Shown here: piece after piece, positions 1 through 9,322 of the stretch
Layout: each line of letters begins with the position of its first letter
Numbering within the stretch: the first letter of the stretch is position 1
Origin: an uncultured Hyphomicrobiales bacterium
Lineage (GTDB): Bacteria; Bacteroidota; Ignavibacteria; Kapaibacteriales; UBA2268
DNA: 64,000 nt
Direction of reading: 5' to 3'
Assembly (NCBI GenBank): GCA_964464375.1
Contig: CAYXFU010000002.1
Location: 26,519-90,518 of the forward strand
Notes under the pieces: model-generated
The model's input: only the letters and a program-made list of their open reading frames with translations
Database searches by the model: none
What the model was told of the DNA's origin: nothing
Program-made: the position numbers and the translations under genes

Positions 1-562
1 TTATTTTTTTTGAAAAATTCATGAACAATTTTTCAATTTCAAGATATTTCTTGATTGAAGATATTTGAGGTATTTCTTCTAATACCAGATACTCAACCAG
101 ATGCTTCAAAATGTGCCTGTCCAGAATTGCCAGATCCCTATATCCGATATTCCTCATAAAATGTGAGGCTTCTTTCATTCCGATACCTTTGATATTGTCA
201 ACTATCCAGTCTCTTTTTTCAATATTGCTTTTGTCGCTTTTCAGCATCTTCTTTACCACAGGGTATTTATCTCTCGCATCCAGCAATCTATCTGCTTTGG
301 TATTGTGGAATCGTATGTAATGGGCTGGCTCGCGCAATATCGATGCAGCATTGAAAGGTTTATGTAGAAAATCCCTTTCCTCGAGTATCCTCTGAACTTC
401 AAACGCTGATCTCGCTTTTGACTGAGGTGTACAGATGCAATAGCATAATTCGTAGAAGTATTTACTTTCCGGTACCAGAGCAAAGTCCTCCAATCTCTTT
501 AGTATTGAAGGTCTCAGCCTTTCGTATTTTGCTTTTAAATTTTCAGGAAGAGAATTGATCAT
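1..562 (-). CDS. ogg: N-glycosylase/DNA lyase, Ogg2-type 8-oxoguanine DNA glycosylase. Partial: the C-terminus runs past the window start, 187 aa visible.
   Basis: Manual minus-strand translation from the ATG at 562-560 is open to position 2. It gives MINSLPENLKAKYERL...ELCYCICTPQSKAR...IKGIGMKEASHFMRNIGYRDLAILDRHIL...KYLEIE. The helix-hairpin-helix with catalytic Lys (IKGIGxKEASHFxRNxGY..AIxDRHI) is the archaeal/Thermotoga Ogg2 signature. The gene is absent from the supplied ORF track, apparently because it has no in-window stop. It starts 6 nt after the upstream methionine gamma-lyase family gene. Confidence 0.8.
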   Translation of the reverse strand, partial: MINSLPENLKAKYERLRPSILKRLEDFALVPESKYFYELCYCICTPQSKARSAFEVQRILEERDFLHKPFNAASILREPAHYIRFHNTKADRLLDARDKYPVVKKMLKSDKSNIEKRDWIVDNIKGIGMKEASHFMRNIGYRDLAILDRHILKHLVEYLVLEEIPQISSIKKYLEIEKLFMNFSKKI

Positions 563-568
563 AGATAT

Positions 569-1768
569 TTATATTATCCCCACTTCCTGCATACAGGATT
601 TGATTCTCTCAAAGCTTCTTTCGATGTCATTATCAATTCCCATAGATAGCCTGACCAATGCCTGAGATAATCCCATCGATTCCTGTTCTTCCAACGGTAT
701 TTCCGATGATGTGCTGTGTCCCGGAGAACTGAACAGAGTTTTATAGAACCCTAAACTAACTGCATGATAACCTACTTTTTCTTCCTGCATTCTTTCCATC
801 AGTTTGTTCCCTTTTTCTGCTGTGCCTGCATCAAGAGTTATCATACCACCGTATCCATAGCCGGGATTCAACATACCTGAGAATAGGTCGTATTGGGGAT
901 GTGAAGTCAAACCTGGATAGAACACCTTAACGCCCAGCTTCTCAAGTTCAGTAGCTACGTACATTCCGTTCTTGCTGTGCTGACGCATTCTGATATGTAG
1001 TGTGTGAACATTCTTCAATATACTAGCTGACCGAAGGCTATCCAGAACTGGTCCTAACAGCATCGCAGCACCACTGTTCACATCCCTCAGGCTTACAACA
1101 AAATCATGTGGTGCACATATTACACCTGCAACACAGTCACTCGAACCGTTGATATATTTGGTTAGGCTGTGAATAACAATGTGAGCACCATGATGAACCG
1201 GTGTTATCATAAGCGGGCTAAAAGTATTATCCACAACTAGCTGGAGCCCATGCTCATCAGCAAGTAGTCTAAGCGATGCCAGGTCAGCAATTTCCAGAAG
1301 CGGATTGCTGATGGACTCACAGTAGATAATTTTTGTTTTTGGGGTTATCTGTGCTTTAACCGCATCAAGGTCAACAATATTAACAAAGTTCGTATTAACA
1401 CCGAATTTCGGAAGAAAATTCTTCATCAATGCATAAGTTCCGCCATAAATTGTACGGCTTGAGATTATCTCATCTCCGGCACTGCATATCTGCATTATCG
1501 TACAAACTATTGCAGCCATTCCCGAACTTGTTATCTGTGCGTATTCTGTATCTTCCAGTGCGGCAAGAGCTTTACCCAAATAATGATTCATCGGGTTTAA
1601 ATGGCGTGAGTATAAGAAACAGCCTTCGATCTCATGTTCGAAAAGCTCCTCCATTTTTTCTACTGATAAAAATGTAAATGTCGATGAATCCTCAATCGAA
1701 GGATTTACTCCTCCATATTCACCAAATACTAGATAATCTTGTAATCTGTCTGCTGGATCTTTAATCAT
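569..1768 (-). CDS. Cys/Met-metabolism PLP-dependent enzyme of the methionine gamma-lyase / cystathionine gamma-synthase family
   Basis: 399 aa. The PLP-lysine motif SLTKYINGSSD and the N-terminal STFTF motif are typical of the MetB/MetC/MGL family. Confidence 0.85.
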   Translation of the reverse strand: MIKDPADRLQDYLVFGEYGGVNPSIEDSSTFTFLSVEKMEELFEHEIEGCFLYSRHLNPMNHYLGKALAALEDTEYAQITSSGMAAIVCTIMQICSAGDEIISSRTIYGGTYALMKNFLPKFGVNTNFVNIVDLDAVKAQITPKTKIIYCESISNPLLEIADLASLRLLADEHGLQLVVDNTFSPLMITPVHHGAHIVIHSLTKYINGSSDCVAGVICAPHDFVVSLRDVNSGAAMLLGPVLDSLRSASILKNVHTLHIRMRQHSKNGMYVATELEKLGVKVFYPGLTSHPQYDLFSGMLNPGYGYGGMITLDAGTAEKGNKLMERMQEEKVGYHAVSLGFYKTLFSSPGHSTSSEIPLEEQESMGLSQALVRLSMGIDNDIERSFERIKSCMQEVGII

Positions 1769-1777
1769 AAAAACACC

Positions 1778-2368
1778 TTATTTCTTTTTCTTTGTGGATT
1801 TAGCCGGTGTAGATTTTTGCTCTTCTGTCGGTTTGGATTTCATATCCTCGCCTGTTTTGTTCTGTTGAGCATCCTTCTTGATGACCTCTATTTCCGGTTG
1901 GTTTATATATTTGTCTGTTATTAATTTCTGGTTTATAAAATTATAAACATAATTTCCATAGAATGTAGCTTTCTGCATCACTTCATCGTTCATCAAACCT
2001 AACTGCTCAGCCCATTTCATTCCCGTCGGACTCTCAAAGAAACTGATCAGATTTATTACCTCATCACTGGTAAATCTCTTGTCATACACTATAACAACAG
2101 AATCTATAAATCTGCTGATTTCGATCTCCTTTATCGCTTTGTCCCAATATTCCGGTGGTACATTGGTCATCATCTGTCGATAATTCTTCATCACATCATC
2201 GATAATAATCAGGGCATAATCGCCTGTTCCTGAAATTTTCAGCAGATGCTTAATATTTTCTGATTTGCTAACCTGTTTCGTTTCTTTTGTTGATGGTGTC
2301 AGCTGGGCATTTGATACAAATAATGTCAACAAAATTATAGGAATTAATGCAAAGATAAATTTCTTCAT
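1778..2368 (-). CDS. Secreted DUF2059-like protein
   Basis: The internal start MKKFIFALIPIILLTLFVSNAQ gives a clean signal peptide; the track ORF starts 21 codons upstream. The motif FFESPTGMKWAEQLGLMNDEVMQ resembles the DUF2059 FYxSPxGxK core. Confidence 0.45.
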   Translation of the reverse strand: MKKFIFALIPIILLTLFVSNAQLTPSTKETKQVSKSENIKHLLKISGTGDYALIIIDDVMKNYRQMMTNVPPEYWDKAIKEIEISRFIDSVVIVYDKRFTSDEVINLISFFESPTGMKWAEQLGLMNDEVMQKATFYGNYVYNFINQKLITDKYINQPEIEVIKKDAQQNKTGEDMKSKPTEEQKSTPAKSTKKKK

Positions 2369-2575
2369 GATGTCAATATTCAAATTGTGACTAAAAATTA
2401 CAATCAAAATTGCTAAAAATATAATTTTCAAACAAGTAATAATATATTAAACGTCGTAATAGCTTACGATTTTACTTTTTAAAAGAATAAATTGTTAATG
2501 TTTTTATTCAGTAATTTGCATTGATTCCGATAATTATATTAGAAAATGAATTTTTTGATTAAAAAGGGATATGAA

Positions 2576-3583
2576 ATGAAATTTGGTGTTTTAACTGGTG
2601 GTGGCGATAGTCCGGGTATGAATGCTTTTATCAGGGCTGTTGTCAGAAGCACAATCAATCTAAAATCTTCAACTTCTATCTGGGGAGTAATTGATGGCTG
2701 GGCTGGTCTCCGCGATAGTAACTTCCGTAAAATGGGAAAACGTGAAACTGCCGGTATTGCTCATTCCGGTGGTACTGTTCTGGGCACTCTACGGGTTCCC
2801 GAGCTAAAGGATGATATAGATATGCAGGAAGGTATTGCTTTGAATCTGCATGATAATTTCTTCGATTATCTTCTAGTAATTGGTGGTAATGGCAGTCTTG
2901 CCGCAGCCGCTGTGCTCGATAAAATTATCAAGGAAAAAGGCTACAGAACGAAAATTCTTGTTACATCAGGCTCAATTGATAATGATGTATGCAATAAATT
3001 CGGTTTCTCAGTTGGTTTCTACAGTGCTATCGATAAATCTCTCGAAATGCTGGAATGGATTCGCGATACTGCGTCTGCTCACCGCAGAGTTTATATTGTT
3101 AAGTCTATGGGTCGCGACTCCGGCTATCTTCCATTCTTTGCAGGAATTTCCTCCGGTGCTGAACATGTAATTCTCCCTAACGAAGATGTAAATTTCGAAC
3201 AATTGGCTACTATTATCAGCGAACGCGATCGCGATACAAGAATAATTGTGTCCGAAGGTTATCATCACTTTGTTGAGGAAATTCGCACAATTCTTGAACA
3301 AATATTCGAAAAACGAAACATTAGAAATGAAATCCGCACTGTGGACATGGGTTATTTCCAGCGTGGAGGCAAAGCAGAAGTAAAAGATATTCTTCTGGCT
3401 TCGTGGCTTGGATATAGTATGGTCAAACATGCCTTAGAGTATGGCGACAGCGGCTTCTTCACAACCTACAATGCCGGGCAGGTTCCAACAATCCTCCCAC
3501 TACAAAAAGCTATCGACACCGACGAAACAAACAACATGGAGGTCAGCCAAGAATTACTCGACTTCTCCAATGCTCTAATGTAA
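2576..3583 (+). CDS. pfkA: ATP-dependent 6-phosphofructokinase
   Basis: MKFGVLTGGGDSPGMNAFIRAVV is the PFK N-terminal motif, and the protein has PFK-like length. The track ORF begins 10 codons upstream at 2546. Confidence 0.9.
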   Translation: MKFGVLTGGGDSPGMNAFIRAVVRSTINLKSSTSIWGVIDGWAGLRDSNFRKMGKRETAGIAHSGGTVLGTLRVPELKDDIDMQEGIALNLHDNFFDYLLVIGGNGSLAAAAVLDKIIKEKGYRTKILVTSGSIDNDVCNKFGFSVGFYSAIDKSLEMLEWIRDTASAHRRVYIVKSMGRDSGYLPFFAGISSGAEHVILPNEDVNFEQLATIISERDRDTRIIVSEGYHHFVEEIRTILEQIFEKRNIRNEIRTVDMGYFQRGGKAEVKDILLASWLGYSMVKHALEYGDSGFFTTYNAGQVPTILPLQKAIDTDETNNMEVSQELLDFSNALM

Positions 3584-3607
3584 TATTCATTGCTCTAAAT
3601 AATATCA

Positions 3608-3646
3608 ATTCCCATACTGATACAAATCTGTATGGGAATTTTTGAT
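3608..3646 (+). terminator. Rho-independent terminator after pfkA
   Basis: ATTCCCATAC, a 13-nt loop, then GTATGGGAAT followed by TTTTT. Confidence 0.6.
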
Positions 3647-3827
3647 AAATATTGAAGATTAATTTTTATTTCCTTATTATTCTGTATGTCATGCATCCTT
3701 ATCAATTGGTGTCATTGTATCTGTATCCCACAGTATCAGCCTGTCGTGATAAAATTTGTCTAATGTTTGTTCTTGATATACAGTCCCAGTTGCGAAATAT
3801 TTTCCATTATGTGACGTTGTAATAATA

Positions 3828-4364
3828 TTACAACTCCCAGGACATATAGCTTTTTTTTACTACTTTGTCATTAATAAAGTCATATTTTACCAAGGTTACT
3901 TCTGGAGAGATTTGTGATTCAGTCCATTTTCTAGCTATTGACGCAATTATATAATTGTTTGATTTTAATAATGTTGCTGATGAAAAACCCAAGGTATCTT
4001 CTTTTAGTGGATAAATAATTTTTTTTATAAGTTTCTCTGACTTCACATCCCATAAGTACAAAGTATTAGCAAGTCCACCCGTAAGCATTATTTCACCTGC
4101 ATTATTTATTTCCATGAGTTGTTGTTCGATATAATAAGCAGAGTCAGGATTTGAGAGTCTGTATAATATTTCTCCTGATTTAGCATCCATTTTATAAATA
4201 TTTATCCCAACTCCGAGAAAAATATTATTTCCGTCAGCTGAAAAGATAGACTTATCTATTTTCAAAGGATAAACGTATTTCTTCCAAACTGTCTCCAAAT
4301 CAACCTGAGAAGATAGTGAAATTGTAAATGCAAAACCGACTAATAATACAACAATCTTTTTCAT
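3828..4364 (-). CDS. Hypothetical secreted protein
   Basis: 178 aa with N-terminal signal peptide MKKIVVLLVGFAFTISLSS. No recognisable domain. Confidence 0.5.
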   Translation of the reverse strand: MKKIVVLLVGFAFTISLSSQVDLETVWKKYVYPLKIDKSIFSADGNNIFLGVGINIYKMDAKSGEILYRLSNPDSAYYIEQQLMEINNAGEIMLTGGLANTLYLWDVKSEKLIKKIIYPLKEDTLGFSSATLLKSNNYIIASIARKWTESQISPEVTLVKYDFINDKVVKKSYMSWEL

Positions 4365-4439
4365 ATTCTACTTAATCACCATATAAAAAAGATATATAAC
4401 GTATTTTTATCAAAAATACTATTGGATTAATTAATTTTT

Positions 4440-4643
4440 ACATTTCGAATTGTAGGGACACATTGCATGTGTCCGCAATAATACAGTATTCATGCAATGA
4501 ATCCCTACAATGCAATTAAATTACCTATCTTTATTTCCTTGTAATACCGTTTCATTGAACCCAAATGATTCATTAGAAACTATCAGTAAATGCTGCAATG
4601 CAAGACCCAGTCAGTCATTCCTGCGAATGCAGGAATCTTTTTT
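4440..4643 (+). ncRNA. Candidate small structured RNA, function unknown
   Basis: No credible ORF; the 73-aa track ORF is rejected. A nested long hairpin TTGTAGGGA...GGACACATTGCATGTGTCC...TCCCTACAA sits at 4449-4512. Multiple AATGCA motifs are present. The region ends in a canonical terminator at 4617-4643. A possible Bacteroidetes-like promoter, TTG-N19-TAcaTTTc, lies at 4422-4449. Confidence 0.3.
4617..4643 (+). terminator. Rho-independent terminator; copy 1 of the TCATTCCTGCGNATGCAGGAA hairpin repeat
   Basis: ATTCCTGC-GAAT-GCAGGAAT followed by CTTTTTT. Confidence 0.55.
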
Positions 4644-5199
4644 AACTAAGAAAGGAATAGATTCGCTACGCAGACCTTCGGTACCCGTATGCACGGGAAT
4701 GACACAACTGAACAGTGTTTTCAATGAATAGAAACGTTCTAATGCACAATTCGGGTTGAAAAAATCCTTCCCATTTCGCAAATTGTATTAGGTGACTTGG
4801 GAAGGACAGAATATCGCGTAGCGATTATATATTGGTAGTACAATGTCCACAAAAGATAATTAATTGGATAAAATTAAATACGAAAAAAATTATTGTGAGT
4901 ACATTTTTACACCATTCTACAAATTTTATGTAAATCATTTCTTATATCTTCTCTATTTATAATTTATTCAATGTTAATGAAAATACAACGATTGATCTAA
5001 GTATTGATAATAAATTGATCTTATACGGCTTATTGTAGGAAATGATTTGAGTAAGACTTTTAATAATTTTTTTACTAGCATTATAATTGATATTTTTGTA
5101 TCTGTACAATAATATAAATAGCAAAAAGGTATCTCAAAATCTTAACTATTAAAAGTAGTACATTAGGGATTGTATGTTCTTCAATTTATTAAGTATTTT

Positions 5200-6015
5200 A
5201 TGACAAAACCATTAATAGTCCTAACTACAGATTTTGGTACAACAGATAATTTTGTAGGAATTATGAAGGGAGTAATTCTTGGAATCTCGCCTGAAGCAAT
5301 AATCATTGATTTAATGCACGAGATCCAACCTCAGAATTTTAAGCAAGCAAGCTTTTTATTATCAGTATCAATTGATTACTTTCCCAAAGGTTCAATATTT
5401 CTATCAATAGTAGATCCTGGAGTAGGAACTACAAGAAATGCGATTGTGGTTCTAACTGAAAAATATACTTTTGTAGCACCTGATAACGGTTTACTAACTT
5501 ATGTGCTTCAGAAATATAAGCCAATAGCTATATATTCAATATTTAACAAGAAATATCAATTAGATTATATAAGTGCAACATTTCATGGCAGGGATGTTTT
5601 TGCACCAGTTGCTGCTCATTTAGCAAATGGTATTGATGTAAAAACAATTGGTGATTTAATAAATCCTATCAGTCTTATAACCATAAATCCACCCAAATGC
5701 TTTCTTGATGATCAACATATCTGGCATGGTGAAATAATGCATATTGACCGTTTTGGTAACTTAATAACGTCCCTAAAAGCCTCAACGCTTGGAATCAGTA
5801 ACATTGAATTCTCTAAACAAAATTTAAGATGGAGCGTAGAAATAGCTGATTTGAAAATCAAATACCTTAGTCAAACCTTTGCTGACGTTGATTTGGGGCA
5901 ATTTCTTGCTTATATTGGGAGCTATGGGTATATAGAAATAGGTGTTAGGGATGGGAATGCTTCGCAAAAGTCTGGGTTTACAATTGAAGAAAGCGTTTAT
6001 GTTTACAAATTCTGA
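5200..6015 (+). CDS. S-adenosyl-L-methionine hydroxide adenosyltransferase (DUF62; fluorinase/chlorinase superfamily)
   Basis: MTKPLIVLTTDFGTTDNFVGIMKGV...IVDPGVGTTRNAIVV...APDNGLLT are hallmark motifs of the SAM-dependent DUF62/halogenase fold. Confidence 0.85.
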   Translation: MTKPLIVLTTDFGTTDNFVGIMKGVILGISPEAIIIDLMHEIQPQNFKQASFLLSVSIDYFPKGSIFLSIVDPGVGTTRNAIVVLTEKYTFVAPDNGLLTYVLQKYKPIAIYSIFNKKYQLDYISATFHGRDVFAPVAAHLANGIDVKTIGDLINPISLITINPPKCFLDDQHIWHGEIMHIDRFGNLITSLKASTLGISNIEFSKQNLRWSVEIADLKIKYLSQTFADVDLGQFLAYIGSYGYIEIGVRDGNASQKSGFTIEESVYVYKF

Positions 6016-8741
6016 TGATTAGAATTATTAAGATCTTTTAATGTTTCAATTAATTTGTTAAAATTTGATAAAGATACCTTAATATTTTTTACATCATATC
6101 TTTTCAATGAAAGATTTAATTCGTTAGCATATTTAGTGAGATGTGAAATTTTTGCAAATTCGTTGATATTCTTAAGTTTTACAACTAGATTTTCAATTTC
6201 ACCAAGTATTAAATATTGAGATAAGTAATCAATTCCCGGCAATAATTCTGATTCTAATGAATTGATTATTGAATTAAGGATAATCGGATCGCAATCTGAA
6301 TCATTATTGACCTCAGTGAAATCTTCAGAGTTTTCTACCAAGTCATTATTGTAAATAATTTTAAGATGTTTTGTTAATTCTATAATTAAATCTTCGTATT
6401 TTAAAGGTTTAACTAAATATCCATCAAACATTCCGTCATATTCAATTAAATCAAATTTGATTGCCGATGCTGTAAAAGCTATTATCGGACAAGGTTTGAA
6501 TTTTTCAGTTGATCTGATCATATTTGTCAATGTTAATCCATCAATATCTGGTAACTTTAGATCCATTAGAATAATATCAAAGTTCATTTCATTCATAATG
6601 TGCAAAGCTTCAGAACTATCCTGAGCTTCAAAATACATCAATCCTGAATTGGCAATATATTCCCTAATGAGAATTCTGTTAAATTCAATATCATCAACTA
6701 CAAGTATTGATGCTGGTTCAAAATGAACATTTCTTCTTGAACTTTTACTATGGTGTTTAAGATGATCTATTTCATCGATAATCTCAATATCAAGCAACTC
6801 AATTTTGAAAATACTACCTGAATTGATCTCGCTTCTAACACTTATAGTCCCGTTCAACTTTTCGATTAATCTTTTGGAAATTGCTAAACCAAGCCCTGTT
6901 CCACCATATTTTCTATTCTTATCCCAATGTTCCTGAGAAAACACATCGAATAATTTTTCAATGAATTTATCCGAGATTCCAATACCAGAATCCTCAACAT
7001 CTATAGTCAGGTTTACATTTGTGTTATTGATAATTTTTGATTTCACTGATATCTTTATAAAACCTTCTTCAGTAAATTTAACAGCATTCGAAATCAAATT
7101 CATTAATACTTGCCTTATTCTTGCTTCATCAAATAGTAAATACTGAGGTAAGTTGTCTATTTCTAGTATAAATTCTACATTTTTTTCTAAAAGTTTTGGT
7201 AGGAATAATTGCTGTAAATCGCTAAGAATTTGATTCAAATTAACTTTAGAAAATCGAAGCTCAACTTGACCTGCTTCAATTTTTGAAATATCAAGAATAT
7301 CATTAATAATGGCAAGAAGAGAATCGCCACTTGAAACTATGGAATTCAAAAAACTAATATAGTCTGGATTTTTTATCCTTTTGAGAAGAATATCAGAAAA
7401 ACCAATTATAGAATTCAATGGTGTGCGAATCTCATGAGACATATTGGCGATAAACTCTGTCTTTGCTTTGTTTGCTCTTTTGGCTTCTTCCATAAGGGAT
7501 CTCATGTTTTGTTCAGCAAGAGTAAGCTGTTTATTTTTTTCAATTAACTCCATCAGAGCAAATTGGAGTTCTTTAGTTCGAATTTCAATCTCATTTTCAA
7601 GATTCGCATTTAGTTTTAGAATTTCATGTTCTGCAATCTTTTTATCAGTTACATTCACGCACATTAAGACGGTAGAATATTCCCCAAATTCATTTATTTT
7701 GATTCCCGTTATATTTATAAACAGTATCTCATCTTTATTTTTTAAAACTTTCATCTCCCTTGATATAGTTTCATGTTCTTTTAGTTTTCCTGGTTCAAAA
7801 TAATAAAGAAATTCCTTTCTTGAAGAAGGATCAAGGAACTCAATGAAATCATGATTTATAATATTAAAAATACTTCCACCAAGTAATTCTATGCCGGCAA
7901 GATTAGTAAAATTACATTTATCATCTCTCAGAATAAATATAGGGATAGGTGAGTTATTAACTAAACCTCTATATCTTTCTTCACTATGTCTTAAATTCAC
8001 TTGTGCATCATCTAATTCATTTATTGTTCTTTCAATTTTGTCCATCATCTGATTAAAAGCTCTCATAAGGATGCCGATTTCATCTAATGATTTGGGACTT
8101 GATCTCATAGTGTAATCTTGAGAGTTGGTAACTACTGATGTAAGGTTTGTAAGTTTTAACAAAGGATTGAAAAGAATTTTCTGACCATAATTTGCAAGGA
8201 AAAACGAAATCAATAAAACTAATATTAAACTAAAAATCATAACAAAAAGCATTTCAGTCTGCCATGAGGATAGGTTTTCTAAATTAGATTCTAAATAGAG
8301 AAATCCATAAAAGCTTGAATCATAATAAATTGATATGATTAATTTTAGTGAAGCTTCATCATAACTTAAAGAATCGCCCCTAATGTCAATATGTCTTAAT
8401 GAAATTGGGTAAGTTGCTGACGCATCCTTAGAATATGAGGCAAAAATCTTTCCTGTTGAATCATAAAGTGCAATGTTCTTTAAATAAGAAACAGCATCTA
8501 CTTTTTTTAGAACACTAACAGCTCCAAGTGAATCTGGAAATAATAGAGATGTAACTACATACTCCCCAATCAGTTTAGATTTTAATATTAAATCGTTCTC
8601 CTTTTCTTGATGAACACGATTAATCTGATATGCATTTACAATCGCAAATCCTACAATAGTACTTATTGAAGAAATTAATATTATAATTATAATAAATTTA
8701 ATTCTTATAGATAGATTTGACCAAAATTCCATAATATTCAC
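6003..8741 (-). CDS. Hybrid sensor histidine kinase / response regulator: periplasmic sensor, TM, HAMP, PAS, HisKA, HATPase, REC and an HPt-like tail
   Basis: HisKA H-box IANMSHEIRTPLNSIIGFSDIL. HATPase G-boxes DSGIGI and GGTGLGLAISKRL. Receiver ILVVDDIEFNRIL...ILMDLKLPDIDGL. Two TM segments flank a periplasmic domain of roughly 130 aa. Confidence 0.9.
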   Translation of the reverse strand: MNIMEFWSNLSIRIKFIIIIILISSISTIVGFAIVNAYQINRVHQEKENDLILKSKLIGEYVVTSLLFPDSLGAVSVLKKVDAVSYLKNIALYDSTGKIFASYSKDASATYPISLRHIDIRGDSLSYDEASLKLIISIYYDSSFYGFLYLESNLENLSSWQTEMLFVMIFSLILVLLISFFLANYGQKILFNPLLKLTNLTSVVTNSQDYTMRSSPKSLDEIGILMRAFNQMMDKIERTINELDDAQVNLRHSEERYRGLVNNSPIPIFILRDDKCNFTNLAGIELLGGSIFNIINHDFIEFLDPSSRKEFLYYFEPGKLKEHETISREMKVLKNKDEILFINITGIKINEFGEYSTVLMCVNVTDKKIAEHEILKLNANLENEIEIRTKELQFALMELIEKNKQLTLAEQNMRSLMEEAKRANKAKTEFIANMSHEIRTPLNSIIGFSDILLKRIKNPDYISFLNSIVSSGDSLLAIINDILDISKIEAGQVELRFSKVNLNQILSDLQQLFLPKLLEKNVEFILEIDNLPQYLLFDEARIRQVLMNLISNAVKFTEEGFIKISVKSKIINNTNVNLTIDVEDSGIGISDKFIEKLFDVFSQEHWDKNRKYGGTGLGLAISKRLIEKLNGTISVRSEINSGSIFKIELLDIEIIDEIDHLKHHSKSSRRNVHFEPASILVVDDIEFNRILIREYIANSGLMYFEAQDSSEALHIMNEMNFDIILMDLKLPDIDGLTLTNMIRSTEKFKPCPIIAFTASAIKFDLIEYDGMFDGYLVKPLKYEDLIIELTKHLKIIYNNDLVENSEDFTEVNNDSDCDPIILNSIINSLESELLPGIDYLSQYLILGEIENLVVKLKNINEFAKISHLTKYANELNLSLKRYDVKNIKVSLSNFNKLIETLKDLNNSNHQNL

Positions 8742-9322
8742 CTATTAACAATTCTAGCTTTTTGTAACAGCAGGTGACTGATTTTCAATCCTGCTTCACG
8801 CGCTTTTTTGTCATTTATCTCAAATTTAATTGAGTTCTGATCATTATAAAGATTAATAATTATTCCTTTAAATGCAAATCCATTGCTATTACTTATTGTT
8901 AAAATGGAATTATCTTTACATATTTTCACGATCTGAGGGAGTTTTTCCTGATCTTTTGATCCCAGAAACAATAGATTTGATTTGATAATTTCATCTAAGG
9001 TTTTTATTAATATTATCTCAATCCTTTTATTCTTTATTTTTAAAGTTGGTGCTAATTCTGATAATTTCAAAAATAATTCATAATTATTAGAAACTCCAAT
9101 AATAAACGGTTGACTTATATTGTTAACATCAGAATTTGAAGGCCAGTCCACAAAACGAGTGAACCTTTCAATATATGCGGCAATTATTGTATTCTCATCA
9201 ATCTGATAATTCGTTTCTGATAATGATAATGTATTAAACCATATAACAAAAAGCAAAAGCATGATAGGGAAGGCATACTGCTGTTTAAAGAATTTTAATA
9301 TAATTGATAAATGGACTAACAT
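8738..9322 (-). CDS. YfiR/DUF4154-like periplasmic protein
   Basis: 194 aa with an N-terminal hydrophobic segment. The central IIGVS...LTISNSNGFAFKGIIINLY...NDKKAREAGLKISHLLLQKA matches the DUF4154 pattern often found beside sensor kinases. It overlaps the kinase start by 4 nt, indicating an operon. Confidence 0.45.
   Translation of the reverse strand: MLVHLSIILKFFKQQYAFPIMLLLFVIWFNTLSLSETNYQIDENTIIAAYIERFTRFVDWPSNSDVNNISQPFIIGVSNNYELFLKLSELAPTLKIKNKRIEIILIKTLDEIIKSNLLFLGSKDQEKLPQIVKICKDNSILTISNSNGFAFKGIIINLYNDQNSIKFEINDKKAREAGLKISHLLLQKARIVNR

Noticed and set aside
253-483. 76-aa minus-strand ORF (TTG start) and the 69-aa plus-strand ORF at 111-320
   Set aside because: Both are out of frame or antisense relative to the well-supported Ogg2 frame, which is open across the whole region.
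2880-3430. Internal and antisense ORFs within pfkA (2880-3170 plus, 3008-3430 minus). Similar shadow ORFs sit inside the histidine kinase, the TonB-dependent receptor, the WD40 protein, the BNR protein, the M1 peptidase and other long genes.
   Set aside because: They are shadow ORFs inside strongly supported genes, which is typical of AT-rich DNA.
4510-4731. 73-aa plus-strand ORF in the ORF track
   Set aside because: It lies inside the structured hairpin-rich non-coding locus and spans a terminator hairpin. It has no RBS and no domain-like sequence. It is more likely RNA than protein.
5100-5200. SAM-responsive riboswitch upstream of the DUF62 SAM-utilising gene
   Set aside because: No SAM-I, SAM-II, SAM-V or SAM/SAH consensus elements were recognisable in the 100 nt before the start. 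The structured RNA locus ends about 560 bp upstream with its own terminator.
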